From positions 5,419 to 69,418 of the forward strand of contig CAZAKE010000002.1 of assembly GCA_964485495.1 (NCBI GenBank): a stretch of 64,000 bases of DNA, in the 5' to 3' direction. The position numbers were made by a program, and so were the translations under genes. Source of the DNA: an uncultured Spirochaetales bacterium. Its GTDB lineage: Bacteria; Spirochaetota; Spirochaetia; CAZAKE01. Under the pieces are notes generated by a model. The model worked only from the letters and a program-made list of their open reading frames with translations, was not told the DNA's origin and did no database searches. This document shows, piece after piece, positions 38,957 to 49,960 of this stretch; position 1 is the first letter of the stretch, and each line of letters starts with the position of its first letter.

Positions 38957-39063
38957 TATCCGATGATCGACAAATGGATGCTTGATACCCGTATGACTCA
39001 GCTCTCCCTAAAATACCTATCGGTTGTGAGAAGCCCTCATGAAGGGTCTTCATAGGAGGTTCC

Positions 39064-41466
39064 ATGCTAAAAAACATGCCCATCGGGCTAAAGATGTCAC
39101 TCGGTTTCGGCGTCGTCATCCTGCTTGTGGTGGTGGTCGGGGGTCTTGCCATTCTGAACATGCTGCAGATCCAGGAACAGGCCAACCGGATGAGAGACGA
39201 ATATGTCCCCGAGGTGGATATAGCGAACAAGATCGAACGGTATTCACTCCTGACCATGTACGATATCCGCGGATACTCTCTTACCTTCGACGAATCCTAT
39301 CATGCACAGGGCATTGGGTATCTGAAGATGGCGATGGACGCTCTCGACGATGCACAGGAATTGGCGAATGAGTATGAGAGCCTGGTAAAACTGCGACAGC
39401 GTGTCGCAGATGCGATCGAGAATGCCACTGAGTACGGGCGACTCGTCGGTGAGACGCAATCGGCAATCAAGAAGATCGAGCAGAATCGAGGTATATCCGA
39501 CCAAGCCGCAACAACCTTCATGCAAAACTGTTACGACTACCTGGAAAGCCAGAATGTCTCCTTGGACGGTGAGATCCGTGAAGATGCGACATCGGCGCAG
39601 CTACTGGAACGACTCACCAAGATCACGCTCATCAACGACATCATCGACGCCGGGAACTCCCTCCGCATAGGCAATTTCAAGGGTCAACTGTTCGACGATC
39701 ATGCCTCCATGAAGCGTGCGGTGACCGATTTTCAGCAAGTCAGATCGAAGGCGCAGGAGCTGCTCGCCGTCACCAGGCTGGACGCCGACATCGCCGCTAT
39801 CAACGGGATACTCTCATCGGGGGATGCGTATGTGGCCTCGATGCAGGCGATCATCTCCGAGCTGGAGCAACTCGCGTCTCTGAATACCCAACGGAACGAA
39901 GTGGCGGAGAAGGTCCTCGAAGACGCGCAAAGTACGGCCGAGGCCGGCATCACCAATACGATCAACCTCTCCGAAGATTCGGTAACCAAGGTTCGGACCT
40001 CTATCATCTTAGTAATAACCGGCGTTTCGATAGCCCTCGTTCTGGCGATCGTCATCGCCGTATTTCTCACCACGATGATCACTTCGGCCCTGCGGAAAGG
40101 AGTGGAGTTCGCCCAGGAGATCGCCGCGGGGGACCTGAACACGAAACTCGATGTCGTGCAGAAGGATGAAATCGGAATTCTCGCAGACGCCCTACGAGGG
40201 ATGCAGGAGTCGCTTCAATATAAGGCCGGAATCATCGAACGCTTCGCGGAGGGGGACTTCACCCCCGACATTCAAAAAGCCTCGGCAAAGGACGGCCTCG
40301 GTGAATCCTTGATCAAAATGGAGGACTCGCTGAACGATCTGCTCTACCAGGTCAATACTGCGATAGCCCAGGTCACCGCCGGGGCCGATCAGGTCTCTCA
40401 GGCGAGTCAGTCTCTCTCTCAGGGAGCCACAGAGCAGGCGAGTTCACTCGAGGAGATCTCCTCATCCACAAATGAGGTGAACGGGCAGGCACAGCAGAAC
40501 GCGGAGAATTCCACCGAGGCGAATGCGCTGGCGAAACAAGCAACCGAGGACGCCCAATCCGGTAATCAGGAGATGAAATCCCTCGTCCAGGCGATGGGAC
40601 AGATCAACCAGTCCTCTGAGGAGATCAACAGGATCGTCAAGATGATCGACGACATAGCCTTTCAGACGAATCTTCTCGCGTTGAATGCGAACGTCGAGGC
40701 GGCCCGGGCCGGTAAATACGGAAAGGGGTTTGCGGTTGTCGCCGAGGAGGTTCGATCTCTGGCGGTAAGAAGCGGTGAGGCGGTGAAGGAGACCACCGGG
40801 ATGGTCAACGAAACCATCGAAAACATCAAAGGAGGAAACGAGTCCGCCCAGCGTACCGCCTCACAGCTCGAGGCCATCGTCGAAGGTTCAACCAAGGTCG
40901 CGAATTTTCTCGAGGAGATCGCCCTTGCCAGCCGCGAGCAAGCCCAGGCGGTGGAGCAGGTTACCCAAGGGTTAGATCAGATCGATCAGGTCACACAGGC
41001 AAATACGGCCAGCGCGGAGGAGAGTGCCTCGGCGTCGGAGGAGCTGTCATCACAGGCGCAGGAACTCCAACGAATGATCTCGCAATTCAAGCTGAAGAAG
41101 CGGCGCGGGGGAGGCGCCGGATCTCGGAGGGCACCAGCGAAACCGGCAGCCGGTTCGGCGATCCGCCGGGGGGGTGACGCAGGAGGATCACATGTTGGTC
41201 AGACGCGTACTCAATCGGCGAAGCCGCCGACTCCGAAAACGGGAAAGGCCGAACCTATCTACTCGGGAGGGGCGCCCGGTGCGGGACCGGGAAGCGGCAA
41301 GTACGGCGTTCGTTCCTCCAGGGCGGAGGGCGATATGCAAGGCGAGAGAGAGAAAATCGCCGGGCGGGCCGGAGACCATGGAACCGAGAGAGAGGAGACC
41401 GGCATCAAACCGGTCAATCCAGCGGAAGTCATCAAGCTCGATGACGACGACTTCGATCGTTTCTAG
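39064..41466 (+). CDS. methyl-accepting chemotaxis protein (TM sensor, HAMP, MA domain) with long basic/Gly-rich C-terminal tail
   Basis: HAMP after TM2, conserved signalling tip ([37 protein letters not shown]), methylation heptads. The 150-aa low-complexity tail ends DDFDRF. Confidence 0.85.
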   Translation: MLKNMPIGLKMSLGFGVVILLVVVVGGLAILNMLQIQEQANRMRDEYVPEVDIANKIERYSLLTMYDIRGYSLTFDESYHAQGIGYLKMAMDALDDAQELANEYESLVKLRQRVADAIENATEYGRLVGETQSAIKKIEQNRGISDQAATTFMQNCYDYLESQNVSLDGEIREDATSAQLLERLTKITLINDIIDAGNSLRIGNFKGQLFDDHASMKRAVTDFQQVRSKAQELLAVTRLDADIAAINGILSSGDAYVASMQAIISELEQLASLNTQRNEVAEKVLEDAQSTAEAGITNTINLSEDSVTKVRTSIILVITGVSIALVLAIVIAVFLTTMITSALRKGVEFAQEIAAGDLNTKLDVVQKDEIGILADALRGMQESLQYKAGIIERFAEGDFTPDIQKASAKDGLGESLIKMEDSLNDLLYQVNTAIAQVTAGADQVSQASQSLSQGATEQASSLEEISSSTNEVNGQAQQNAENSTEANALAKQATEDAQSGNQEMKSLVQAMGQINQSSEEINRIVKMIDDIAFQTNLLALNANVEAARAGKYGKGFAVVAEEVRSLAVRSGEAVKETTGMVNETIENIKGGNESAQRTASQLEAIVEGSTKVANFLEEIALASREQAQAVEQVTQGLDQIDQVTQANTASAEESASASEELSSQAQELQRMISQFKLKKRRGGGAGSRRAPAKPAAGSAIRRGGDAGGSHVGQTRTQSAKPPTPKTGKAEPIYSGGAPGAGPGSGKYGVRSSRAEGDMQGEREKIAGRAGDHGTEREETGIKPVNPAEVIKLDDDDFDRF

Positions 41467-41498
41467 GTAGGAAAGGGTAGAAAAGGTAGAATGATCTC

Positions 41499-42143
41499 GT
41501 GGAATCTCTTCTGTATGCGATTACCGCCGGAGTAATAATACTGTGGTCCGTCTGGTCGTACTCATTCTGGTCTGAGAATGCGGGGCTACCCGAAGATTCA
41601 AGTTTTCGGAATGTCCTCATTATACTACCGAGTAGCTTATTTCTGCTTATTGCCCTATCCGGATGGCGAACGGAAGAGTCGTTCCGCTTCGATCTGTTCG
41701 CCATCATATTCCTTGATGTAGTCACCATCCTCTGTGCTATCGCGCTTCTCGGGGTCCGCATTTTTGCCCGGCACAATCCACGGGCACCATTTCTGGCGAT
41801 CATCAGCATATGGTTTTTTGTGGCGGTGGTTACCGTGGTGAGTGCCCATGTTCTCAAGGCCTCTCCCCCCCTGATCATGCGCATCAATGACCTCCTCGCT
41901 CAATTAGAGCGGATCAATCTCTTCTCGTTTTCCTGGCTGGGCGTCGATCCGGAAACGAGGGAGCAGGATTTCGTGCGGTTGTTAAATCGTGCGTTTATTG
42001 CTATACTATCCTACATACCCGTCTCGTTGGTTCGGTATATCACCGTGAGACGGCAAACGGGAAAATTGAGTCGTGAATTGCGAAACCTCCGATCTAGATT
42101 GGAGAATTTAGAGAGGCGCCTCGAGACCTTTACAAATGAATAG
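41499..42143 (+). CDS. hypothetical polytopic membrane protein with C-terminal coiled-coil
   Basis: 4-5 predicted TM helices, then LRNLRSRLENLERRLE. Confidence 0.4.
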   Translation: MESLLYAITAGVIILWSVWSYSFWSENAGLPEDSSFRNVLIILPSSLFLLIALSGWRTEESFRFDLFAIIFLDVVTILCAIALLGVRIFARHNPRAPFLAIISIWFFVAVVTVVSAHVLKASPPLIMRINDLLAQLERINLFSFSWLGVDPETREQDFVRLLNRAFIAILSYIPVSLVRYITVRRQTGKLSRELRNLRSRLENLERRLETFTNE

Positions 42144-42272
42144 TATGGCGAAAATTGAATTCGAACGTATAGAAAAATACAACATATCAGATTATTCACA
42201 GTGTCCGATGGCCTTGTATAAATAATTCCTTACTAGCAAAGAAATTAATATCTCGAGAAAAACCGATGCAGT

Positions 42273-42288
42273 TGGCATGTTTTTTGCA
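42273..42288 (+). promoter_or_regulatory. sigma54 (RpoN) -24/-12 promoter element TGGCATG-N4-TTGCA
   Basis: GG at 42274-75 and GC at 42286-87 with exact consensus spacing, in an AT-rich region 49 bp upstream of the ATG at 42337. Confidence 0.4.
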
Positions 42289-42336
42289 TCTATCTGTGAT
42301 AGAAACGAATTGCATTCCTAATCGGGATACCAAACA

Positions 42337-42981
42337 ATGTTAAGTACGGTTCGAACAGCTACAGCGTTATCTGATATACGTCGATTTATTGTTCCCGCGC
42401 AGCGAGAATTTCGAATCGAACTGTTACGAAAAAGCATCCATCTCCTAATTGCGCTCGTTCCCACTATGGCGGCTATGAATTTACCGGCAACGGTTGCATT
42501 TCTCGCCGCCGGTTGTCTGAGTTATGCATATTTTGAGATGCTTCGATTGGTCGGAAGACGTGTCGTGATCGTTTCTGCTTTGACCCGCATGGCATCCAGG
42601 GAGAGAGACCGGGGACAGTTTGTCCTTGGTCCCGTTACTCTTGGGTTGGGCGCGATGGTGGCGCTCATGCTGTACCCGGAACCTGCAGCGGCAGTCGCCA
42701 TCTATGCGTTGGCGTTCGGCGACAGTGCGGCCAGCATTTTTGGGAAGCTGTTCGGGCGTATCCGTATTCCCGGTACACGGGGTAAGACCTACTTCGGTAC
42801 CGTTGCCTGTTTCTTCGCAGTCCTCATGATTGCCTCCAGGCTGACCGGATCGGTTCCCGCCGCCTTGGTGATAGCCTTCGCCGCGGCTGTATTCGAAGCA
42901 CTCCCTACGGGGGATTTGGATAACATCGTGCTTCCCCTCGGCACCGGATTCGTAACGGCGCAATTACTACTCGCCGTGTAA
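42337..42981 (+). CDS. CTP_transf_1 superfamily membrane protein (dolichol/phytol kinase-like)
   Basis: Polytopic, with a GDSAASIFGKLFG...GKTYFGT motif resembling CTP-dependent polyprenol kinases. Confidence 0.45.
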   Translation: MLSTVRTATALSDIRRFIVPAQREFRIELLRKSIHLLIALVPTMAAMNLPATVAFLAAGCLSYAYFEMLRLVGRRVVIVSALTRMASRERDRGQFVLGPVTLGLGAMVALMLYPEPAAAVAIYALAFGDSAASIFGKLFGRIRIPGTRGKTYFGTVACFFAVLMIASRLTGSVPAALVIAFAAAVFEALPTGDLDNIVLPLGTGFVTAQLLLAV

Positions 42982-42994
42982 TTCCGACAATACT

Positions 42995-43819
42995 TCATAT
43001 CCAGAGATAGATCTTTCTGATGTACTTACTCGTCACGAAGATACCGGCCGTTAGTATGACAATGCCGGCTCCATACAGAAGAGGAGAGCCTGTCAACACG
43101 ATTATATCTCGCCCGGTTACGAGGAGTAGTATTCCCAAGGCGACGAACAGATAGTGGACATTGTTATTCCGGTACGCGGTAATACAGTAATTCAGTATTG
43201 CGAGCAGGTCGATTAAAAACCACGCCGCCACGACCTCTCGAAACCCACCGATCCGAAACAGAGATCCATGGGACTCCGTCGAGTCGATCGCAAGAATATA
43301 TGCGAGGACGAAGGAAACGAGACAACTGACTCCGGCTATGATCGTGATTTTTTGGTATTCGATGCCGTTTGGAAAGAGTCCGGAGCAGAACAGAAAGAGA
43401 ATTCCGCAGAACCGACCGAAGTAGGCCGACCTCGTGACGATCGAGGCGATGCGTAGAGGGTTCTCGAAATGGATCACGTATTTCCAGATCAGGCGTGATG
43501 TCTCGAATGAGATAGAGACTAGAAAAAGCACGATGAATAGATATTCTGCCGAAGCAGTAGTCCGGAAGGTGAAAAACAACACGATTCCGGCGACTACGAT
43601 ACTCCATAACAGAAGCACCGTCTGAACATGAATTACCCTGCCTGCTCCATCGGTTTGGTCGAACGCCTCGTCTGTCGAAAACCGGTTCAAGAGTTTCGAG
43701 ATACTAATATCGGTGGCATCTATTTCGACGGCAAGGAGTGCATAGGTGGCGATTCCTGCCGATAGTATCATTACGGTCATAGTGAAGATGAGTACAATAT
43801 TTCTCGTCTTAATTGTCAC
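42995..43819 (-). CDS. hypothetical polytopic membrane protein (8 or more TM)
   Basis: Hydrophobicity pattern only. Confidence 0.5.
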   Translation of the reverse strand: MTIKTRNIVLIFTMTVMILSAGIATYALLAVEIDATDISISKLLNRFSTDEAFDQTDGAGRVIHVQTVLLLWSIVVAGIVLFFTFRTTASAEYLFIVLFLVSISFETSRLIWKYVIHFENPLRIASIVTRSAYFGRFCGILFLFCSGLFPNGIEYQKITIIAGVSCLVSFVLAYILAIDSTESHGSLFRIGGFREVVAAWFLIDLLAILNYCITAYRNNNVHYLFVALGILLLVTGRDIIVLTGSPLLYGAGIVILTAGIFVTSKYIRKIYLWI

Positions 43820-43926
43820 GTAGACATTGTACTAAGAATGCGGAAAGTATGATACATGGCCTGTATTGTAACAGTTTTCTAAAGGATTTGACGAAAAGTA
43901 CGATATTCTTAAGAGGAGGAACGACT

Positions 43927-44619
43927 ATGAGAAAACGAATCGGCCTCATTGCGGTTGCCTGTATTCTGGGGCTATATCCGCTCATGGCAGGAGATATATC
44001 CACATTCGTGAACCTCGGATTCTCGACGGATTCTCGGTACTTCATGTTCGGACAGTACGGGGTGGATGAGGAGTCGGCAAAGCCGTATGCAGATATCTTT
44101 CTCGTCGATGTAATTGCGAATAAATTCGTCGATGATGGGGTTCGGAGTGAGATCTTCGACTCACCCGTTTCTCCGGGCTATGATGCCCTCGGGGCAATCT
44201 TTACGCTCCTATACGATTCACGATTTCTGAAAGAGACCTATCAGATTGACCACCTTTCCACCGGTAGACTCGTGTATCTGTATGTGAATGGCAAGGAGCC
44301 GAAGAGTCGGCTCGAGTTTCGTGATTTCAAGAAGGGGTATGCGTATGTGGTTTCGCTGGTTCAGAAGCAGTTCGGAACCGACGCCGAAGAGAGTTCCTCC
44401 TTCCATATTAATTTGTCGGTGACCGATACGACGGGGAGCACGAAGGTGTACACCGTCGGACTGCCGAATTATCGTCGTATAGGCGTCTTGAACTACCGTA
44501 TCAAGCAGGTCATCTTTTCTTCCGATGAGCGATCCTTGGTGTTTGTGATCGAAAAAGAACAACAGACCGATCAGGGAATCAACGTACGATACATGGTCGA
44601 GACGATCATGATCCGTTGA
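43927..44619 (+). CDS. hypothetical secreted protein
   Basis: AAGAGGAGG RBS and a signal peptide (MRKRIGLIAVACILGLYPLMAG). Confidence 0.5.
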   Translation: MRKRIGLIAVACILGLYPLMAGDISTFVNLGFSTDSRYFMFGQYGVDEESAKPYADIFLVDVIANKFVDDGVRSEIFDSPVSPGYDALGAIFTLLYDSRFLKETYQIDHLSTGRLVYLYVNGKEPKSRLEFRDFKKGYAYVVSLVQKQFGTDAEESSSFHINLSVTDTTGSTKVYTVGLPNYRRIGVLNYRIKQVIFSSDERSLVFVIEKEQQTDQGINVRYMVETIMIR

Positions 44620-44885
44620 TCCGATACATAATCGCAGTACTCGAAAACATATGTGCCATATGGATGCTCTCACGTGTGTCGGTCTTCGGTGGATCTCCAT
44701 GGGTGTAATTGTCTTAAATTTGTTTCATTGTACTACACACAGTAATTCCTTGACGCAGAAGATATCTCACCGTATACTTGCTTTCCCGCAGAAATTACAG
44801 TTGTCGAAAATAGCAGTACAGGGAACGAGAGTCTGCTTCCGGATCTATAGGTTTCAGATGGTGGACTCAGGAGAAGGAATACTCG

Positions 44886-46322
44886 ATGGCAGAGAAAATT
44901 ACATCGCGCTCGGAAAACTTTTCGCAATGGTACGTTGATATCGTTTTACAGGCGAAACTCGCCGACTACTCTCCTGTCCGGGGCTGTATGGTTATTCGTC
45001 CCCGGGGATACGCCTTGTGGGAGCAGATCCAGGGTATTCTCGATGGGATGTTCAAGAAGACGGGGCACTCCAACGCCTATTTTCCGATGTTGATTCCTGA
45101 GAGTTTCATAAAAAAAGAAGCTGAGCATGTGGAGGGGTTCGCTCCGGAGTTGGCGGTGGTCACACATGCCGGCGGAGAGGAGCTTGAGGAGCCGCTCGTT
45201 CTCCGGCCTACCTCCGAAACCATTATCTGGAGCATGTACAAGAAGTGGATTCAGTCGTACCGGGATCTGCCCCTCCTGATCAATCAGTGGGCAAACGTGA
45301 TCCGGTGGGAGAAGCGCACACGGCTTTTCCTGCGGACAGCTGAGTTTCTCTGGCAAGAGGGTCACACTGCCCACGCGACGCGTGAAGAGGCGGAGGAAGA
45401 AACGCTCAAGATTCTCGGCGTGTATAGGGAGTTCGCGGAGAAGTACATGGCAATTCCGGTCGTGACCGGTCCCAAAACCGAACTCGAGAAGTTTGCAGGT
45501 GCCGTTCGGACCTATGCCATCGAAGCTATGATGCAGGATTGCAAGGCGTTGCAGGCGGGTACATCTCATTTTCTCGGCCAGAATTTTGCCAAGGCCTTCG
45601 ATGTTACCTTCCAAAACGCGCAGGGTGCGTTGGAACATGTCTGGGCTACTTCCTGGGGGGTGTCCACTCGGCTCTTGGGTGCGTTGGTCATGACACACTC
45701 CGATGACAAGGGGCTCGTAGTGCCTCCGAGGGTGGCTCCTACCCAAGTAGTGGTGGTGCCGATCTTCAAGAGCTCCAATAAGACCGAGGTGCTCTCCTAT
45801 GCCGGAGACACATTCTCGGCATTGAGTGATGAGTTCAGGGTTGAGTTCGACTCGGATGAACAAAATTCTCCGGGATGGCGGTTCGCCGAGTGGGAGATGC
45901 TGGGAGTCCCGATCAGGGTCGAGATTGGCCCTCGTGACCGTGAGAGCGGCAAGGTTGTGCTCGTACGACGAGACACCGGCGAGAAGGAGACTGTCGCGAA
46001 AGAGCAGGCCGTAGATCGAGCTCGAGATCTGCTCGAGGAGATCCAGACCAATCTGTTTACCCGGGCAGCCGCCTTCAGAGAGGAGCATACCTTCCGGGTG
46101 AACGCATATGACGAGTTCAAAGAGATTTTTGAAGGAGACGGGGGGTTCGTGCATGCGAATCTGTGTGGAAACAAGGACTGTGAACTCAAGGTAAAAGAGG
46201 ATACGAAGGCCACCGTGCGGGTGATCGCCTCCGAGGATGTTTCACCCGATGACGGCCTCGGCACCTGTATAGCGTGCGGAGGAACCCCGCTCTATGAGGC
46301 CGTATTTTCAAAGACGTATTAA
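44886..46322 (+). CDS. proS: prolyl-tRNA synthetase, eukaryote/archaeal-type (no INS editing domain, C-terminal zinc domain ending in Tyr)
   Basis: Class II motifs, 478 aa, C-terminal CGNKDCE...CIACGG...SKTY. Confidence 0.9.
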   Translation: MAEKITSRSENFSQWYVDIVLQAKLADYSPVRGCMVIRPRGYALWEQIQGILDGMFKKTGHSNAYFPMLIPESFIKKEAEHVEGFAPELAVVTHAGGEELEEPLVLRPTSETIIWSMYKKWIQSYRDLPLLINQWANVIRWEKRTRLFLRTAEFLWQEGHTAHATREEAEEETLKILGVYREFAEKYMAIPVVTGPKTELEKFAGAVRTYAIEAMMQDCKALQAGTSHFLGQNFAKAFDVTFQNAQGALEHVWATSWGVSTRLLGALVMTHSDDKGLVVPPRVAPTQVVVVPIFKSSNKTEVLSYAGDTFSALSDEFRVEFDSDEQNSPGWRFAEWEMLGVPIRVEIGPRDRESGKVVLVRRDTGEKETVAKEQAVDRARDLLEEIQTNLFTRAAAFREEHTFRVNAYDEFKEIFEGDGGFVHANLCGNKDCELKVKEDTKATVRVIASEDVSPDDGLGTCIACGGTPLYEAVFSKTY

Positions 46323-46416
46323 CCCCTCCCCCACGACGGACCGAGTGAAATTCTTCCGAAGGAGCAATCGTAGCGATCGGCGGGGGGTGTACCCCCGTAT
46401 CATCCGAATCCTCACG

Positions 46417-47616
46417 ATGTTATTCGTTCTCGGTTGCCTCATATACATCTCCGGTTGTAGTCTCCGTGAACGGCTGAAGCGATGGGGAATTCTAAGCGAT
46501 TCCACATTGGCGTCCGATAGTCCCGAGGATGCGGTCGACCTGGCTGCGGGGATGAACCAGGAAGCTGAAGCCGATTTCCGATGGTTTGTTCTCCGGGACG
46601 GTTCACTGGTTGAGACTTCTCAGGTCGTGCGGACACTTTCGGATGGGATGGAGCCATGGACGAGTCAGGAACGGATCGAGGGATTCCTCCGGATTGATGA
46701 AAGCCTGTATTTTGGAATCAACGGCATCGGCATTGGTAGCGTTCATATCGATGATCTGCCCGGCCATGATGGTATCGATCTTCGGGTGTATCGAGATGCG
46801 TGCATGTTCGAGGGAAGAACGATCACCGGTCTCTATAGGGCGGGTTCTCAGCCGGATGTACGCCGTCTCTATTGCAGCGTGTACTGTAATACGATATTCC
46901 CCTCACTTACCGCTTGTGACCGACCCGTCGCCTTGGTTACTCTGGATGCCGCGCACGGTATTTTGGAGAGGGTGCCGATACCCTTTCAGGAGACGAATCC
47001 TGAGTGGGAAGCCGTCGATCTATATCTCTCCAGAGACGGCAACTCGTGGATGATAGCGTGGAAGAGTGATATCGGTGGGGACGGAGGAGAGACCGCCGGC
47101 GAAGAGGATATCGGCGGAGATGGTGTCGCTTTCAGATATTCGCGACATCCACTCAACGGCTCCGAGATGGTGCCGGTGGACCGAGCCGGGTTCGTCGAGA
47201 GGTATGGCTATCGGGATATATCTCGAGGCCCCGATTGCCTCCGGTTGTTCCTGCCCGAACAGTTGAGGGCAGGTCATACCGTCCACTTCACCATTCACGA
47301 TACCGGATCCGGCCGGATCAGGAGATTCAGATATGGTCCTGCTCCCGGGCGGGATAGCCGAAAACTGTATGAAATTACGGTCTGGGAGGAGGCCAACAGA
47401 TGCATTGCGCTGTTGCCGGATAGCCGGCTTCGTGCCTGCCTGGACGGGAGTTCGGTGGATTTCGTACTTCCCGAACTACCTCGGGGGTTTGTGTATACGG
47501 GCTTTTGGAGCGATGCACGAGTTGCCGTCATCGCCTGGGAGGAACGAAAATTTCCGGATGTCGGCGTCGCAGGGATAGTCGTAGTAATCTATGCCGGCAT
47601 CGACGGTACATACTAG
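46417..47616 (+). CDS. hypothetical lipoprotein
   Basis: Lipobox MLFVLGCLIYISGC. ORF opens at 46294. Confidence 0.5.
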   Translation: MLFVLGCLIYISGCSLRERLKRWGILSDSTLASDSPEDAVDLAAGMNQEAEADFRWFVLRDGSLVETSQVVRTLSDGMEPWTSQERIEGFLRIDESLYFGINGIGIGSVHIDDLPGHDGIDLRVYRDACMFEGRTITGLYRAGSQPDVRRLYCSVYCNTIFPSLTACDRPVALVTLDAAHGILERVPIPFQETNPEWEAVDLYLSRDGNSWMIAWKSDIGGDGGETAGEEDIGGDGVAFRYSRHPLNGSEMVPVDRAGFVERYGYRDISRGPDCLRLFLPEQLRAGHTVHFTIHDTGSGRIRRFRYGPAPGRDSRKLYEITVWEEANRCIALLPDSRLRACLDGSSVDFVLPELPRGFVYTGFWSDARVAVIAWEERKFPDVGVAGIVVVIYAGIDGTY

Positions 47617-47700
47617 GTTTGCTGATGTAGCAAATGTATGGTTGTACGACGAGTCTTTGTGTTTGTTTTTTTCGACCGATGTGGTATACTGTGCCGCGGA

Positions 47701-48474
47701 ATGAGCCGTCGATATCCACTCACCATCGCCATCATGGTCTCCCTGTTCCTTGCCGCCTTCTCGCTTGCGGCGCAGGTGAAAGTTGAGAGTTTCGATGTCC
47801 GGGGTGGTGTCTGTTTCGTCGGAAACGCGGAGGAAAACAGTGCCCCCTCACCCCTGGTAAATACCGCCGGTATCGCCCTGCCGATCCGTTTCACCTCCTT
47901 TTTCTCCATAGCACCGGAGCTGGATTTCTATCTTATACCCTACGGCAAGCCGACCGGAGTCGATCGGCCGGTACCGGTTGAGATCGAGCAACGAGACAGG
48001 ATCCAGGTGTTGACTCTTTTGTTCGATCCGGCATTCGTCTTCAGCGGCAATGTCACCGATGATGTGGCCCTGGGGGGGAGTATTCATCCGGGTTTTTTCT
48101 TTCGAATTCCTACCTTGGCCTACGATGATGGTGATCTGATACGCGATGAGATGACCGAGTATTTTTACAGTTACGGACGCTTCTTTTCTCCGGGAGTTGG
48201 GGTCTTTGTCAATTGGCGCATCTACGATAACTTCGGTTTCTCCTTCCGGACCCGAGTGTTTTTCCCACTATCACATGCATTCGATAAAGATGAGACCGGT
48301 ACCGACCTGTCTATCCCCTTCTACGACAATCTGATCGTCTCCGCCACCGTGGGATTCAGGTTCCTTCTCGGTGTCGAGAAGAGAGAGGAAGATACCGCGG
48401 ATGCGGCCGATGCCTCCGAACCGAAACCGGAGGACGGTGCGGAATCCGCGACCGATACCGAAACTGCCGAATAA
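47701..48474 (+). CDS. hypothetical secreted beta-rich protein (possible outer-membrane protein) with acidic C-terminal tail
   Basis: Signal peptide (MSRRYPLTIAIMVSLFLAAFSLAAQ), alternating hydrophobic beta pattern. Confidence 0.45.
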   Translation: MSRRYPLTIAIMVSLFLAAFSLAAQVKVESFDVRGGVCFVGNAEENSAPSPLVNTAGIALPIRFTSFFSIAPELDFYLIPYGKPTGVDRPVPVEIEQRDRIQVLTLLFDPAFVFSGNVTDDVALGGSIHPGFFFRIPTLAYDDGDLIRDEMTEYFYSYGRFFSPGVGVFVNWRIYDNFGFSFRTRVFFPLSHAFDKDETGTDLSIPFYDNLIVSATVGFRFLLGVEKREEDTADAADASEPKPEDGAESATDTETAE

Positions 48475-48519
48475 ATAATAAACAAGAGACGCCGCAACGC
48501 TCCGAGAGAGCAGTATCTC

Positions 48520-48542
48520 AGGCTCTTTTTTTTAAAAAAGCC
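48520..48542. terminator. A/T-run palindrome (AGGCTCTTTTTTTTAAAAAAGCCT) between convergent genes; bidirectional terminator candidate
   Basis: GC-clamped hairpin with T- and A-runs, between the 47701 gene (+) and the transporter (-). Confidence 0.3.
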
Positions 48543-49769
48543 TTAGATATATTCCTTGACTTCGATCTCCTCATAGAGTCCTTCATGCCTGGAGGCGAGG
48601 AGTAGGCAGACTGCAGAGGTGAGGACATCGACAACGATGCCGAAGCTGATGAGGAGCGGTACGATGGGCTTGAGGATAAGATAGCCCTCCTCGATTCCGT
48701 TCCCATACAGGGTACAGAGGATAGAGAGAGACATGAGGGGTCCGGCGCCGGGCACGGTGCCGGTGACGATTGAGACGATCAGTGCGGAGGCCATGATCCA
48801 GAGGATTCCACCGATCGTGAGTCCGAGGCTCGAATACGACCGCAGGATAATGAAAAACGAGACTGCCGTCACCATGGCCGTTCCGGCCCTGCATATGATA
48901 GAAAACAACGGAAGAAGCGAGACGCCTGCCTTTCTGGGGATACCAAGGTTCTCTTTCGAGTAACGGATAAGCCCCGTGAGAGCGAAGATCCCGTCCCCTG
49001 TGAAAAACCCAATGAGTGCCGGTCCGATCAAGGCATAGAGCCACTTGTAGGGATTTTCCTTCCCACCGAAGAAGTACAATGCCAGAGGAAACAGACCGAA
49101 AACGAGGACACACACATCGATACCGAACAGGATCAGCAGCTGCCGAAAAAGGGTCAGTTCCGGTACCGTCTTGAGTTGCACGACGAGGTATGCCGAGATG
49201 ACGATCAATCCGATGCCCATCAGTTCGAGTACGAAGTTGTTTATGTGATAGAAGATCCGCGACATCGAATCGAAAAACTGTACCGCCGGACGCGTGGCGA
49301 GTCTGTCAAACGAAAAGTTGAGACCGAGCAAGAAGGCCAGGAACAGGATCGGCAGCAGGAAGTTTGGATCCCCCGTGAAAATTTGGAAGGCGTTTTTCGG
49401 GATTATCCGGAGGAACAGGGCGGTGGCGGACGAGATGGTAAAATCCATCTCCTGCTCGATGAGGATGGGGATTCGATTCGGTACGAAAACGATCGCCGAT
49501 AGCATTCCGATGATGACCGTCAATGCGGTAAAAATTAGGACGTAGAAGATTCCGCGGGAATAGAGTCTGAGTGTCTTCTTGTCGGATCGCAGCTCATGTG
49601 TGCCGATGGCGAGTGAGAAAAAAAGGAGGGGGAACAGAACGTACCTCCCGATATGGAGAACGACATCGGCGGCGAAGTCGAGTGCGGGTAAATAATTTTC
49701 AATCGGAGCCAGATAGGCCAAAACCGAACCGAACACGCAACCTGCAAGTAGCTTGATCCACAGTCTCAT
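48543..49769 (-). CDS. dicarboxylate/amino acid:cation symporter (DAACS/SDF family)
   Basis: 408 aa, 8 or more TM segments plus re-entrant loop-like segments typical of GltP/GltT-family carriers. Confidence 0.75.
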   Translation of the reverse strand: MRLWIKLLAGCVFGSVLAYLAPIENYLPALDFAADVVLHIGRYVLFPLLFFSLAIGTHELRSDKKTLRLYSRGIFYVLIFTALTVIIGMLSAIVFVPNRIPILIEQEMDFTISSATALFLRIIPKNAFQIFTGDPNFLLPILFLAFLLGLNFSFDRLATRPAVQFFDSMSRIFYHINNFVLELMGIGLIVISAYLVVQLKTVPELTLFRQLLILFGIDVCVLVFGLFPLALYFFGGKENPYKWLYALIGPALIGFFTGDGIFALTGLIRYSKENLGIPRKAGVSLLPLFSIICRAGTAMVTAVSFFIILRSYSSLGLTIGGILWIMASALIVSIVTGTVPGAGPLMSLSILCTLYGNGIEEGYLILKPIVPLLISFGIVVDVLTSAVCLLLASRHEGLYEEIEVKEYI

Positions 49770-49930
49770 TTCGGCACATTACCGTAACTCAGTGTTGTGA
49801 GTCAATGTAATGCAGCTATTCGAAAAGTAAGTAGAAAGTAAGACGTTTATCAGCTCCTTTTCCGCGATATCGACTTCGTACCTCGTCGAATCGCCTCGAA
49901 AAGGCATACTACACAGAGTGATCATGCACA

Positions 49931-49960
49931 TTCCAAATGTAGCTACTGCTACATTTGGAA
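49931..49960. promoter_or_regulatory. perfect 13-bp inverted repeat TTCCAAATGTAGC-tact-GCTACATTTGGAA
   Basis: Located about 160 bp upstream of the transporter start and 73 bp beyond the 3' end of the SDR-like gene. Confidence 0.35.

Noticed and set aside
44946-46154. 402-aa minus-strand ORF
   Set aside because: Antisense to proS, whose class II synthetase motifs are unambiguous.
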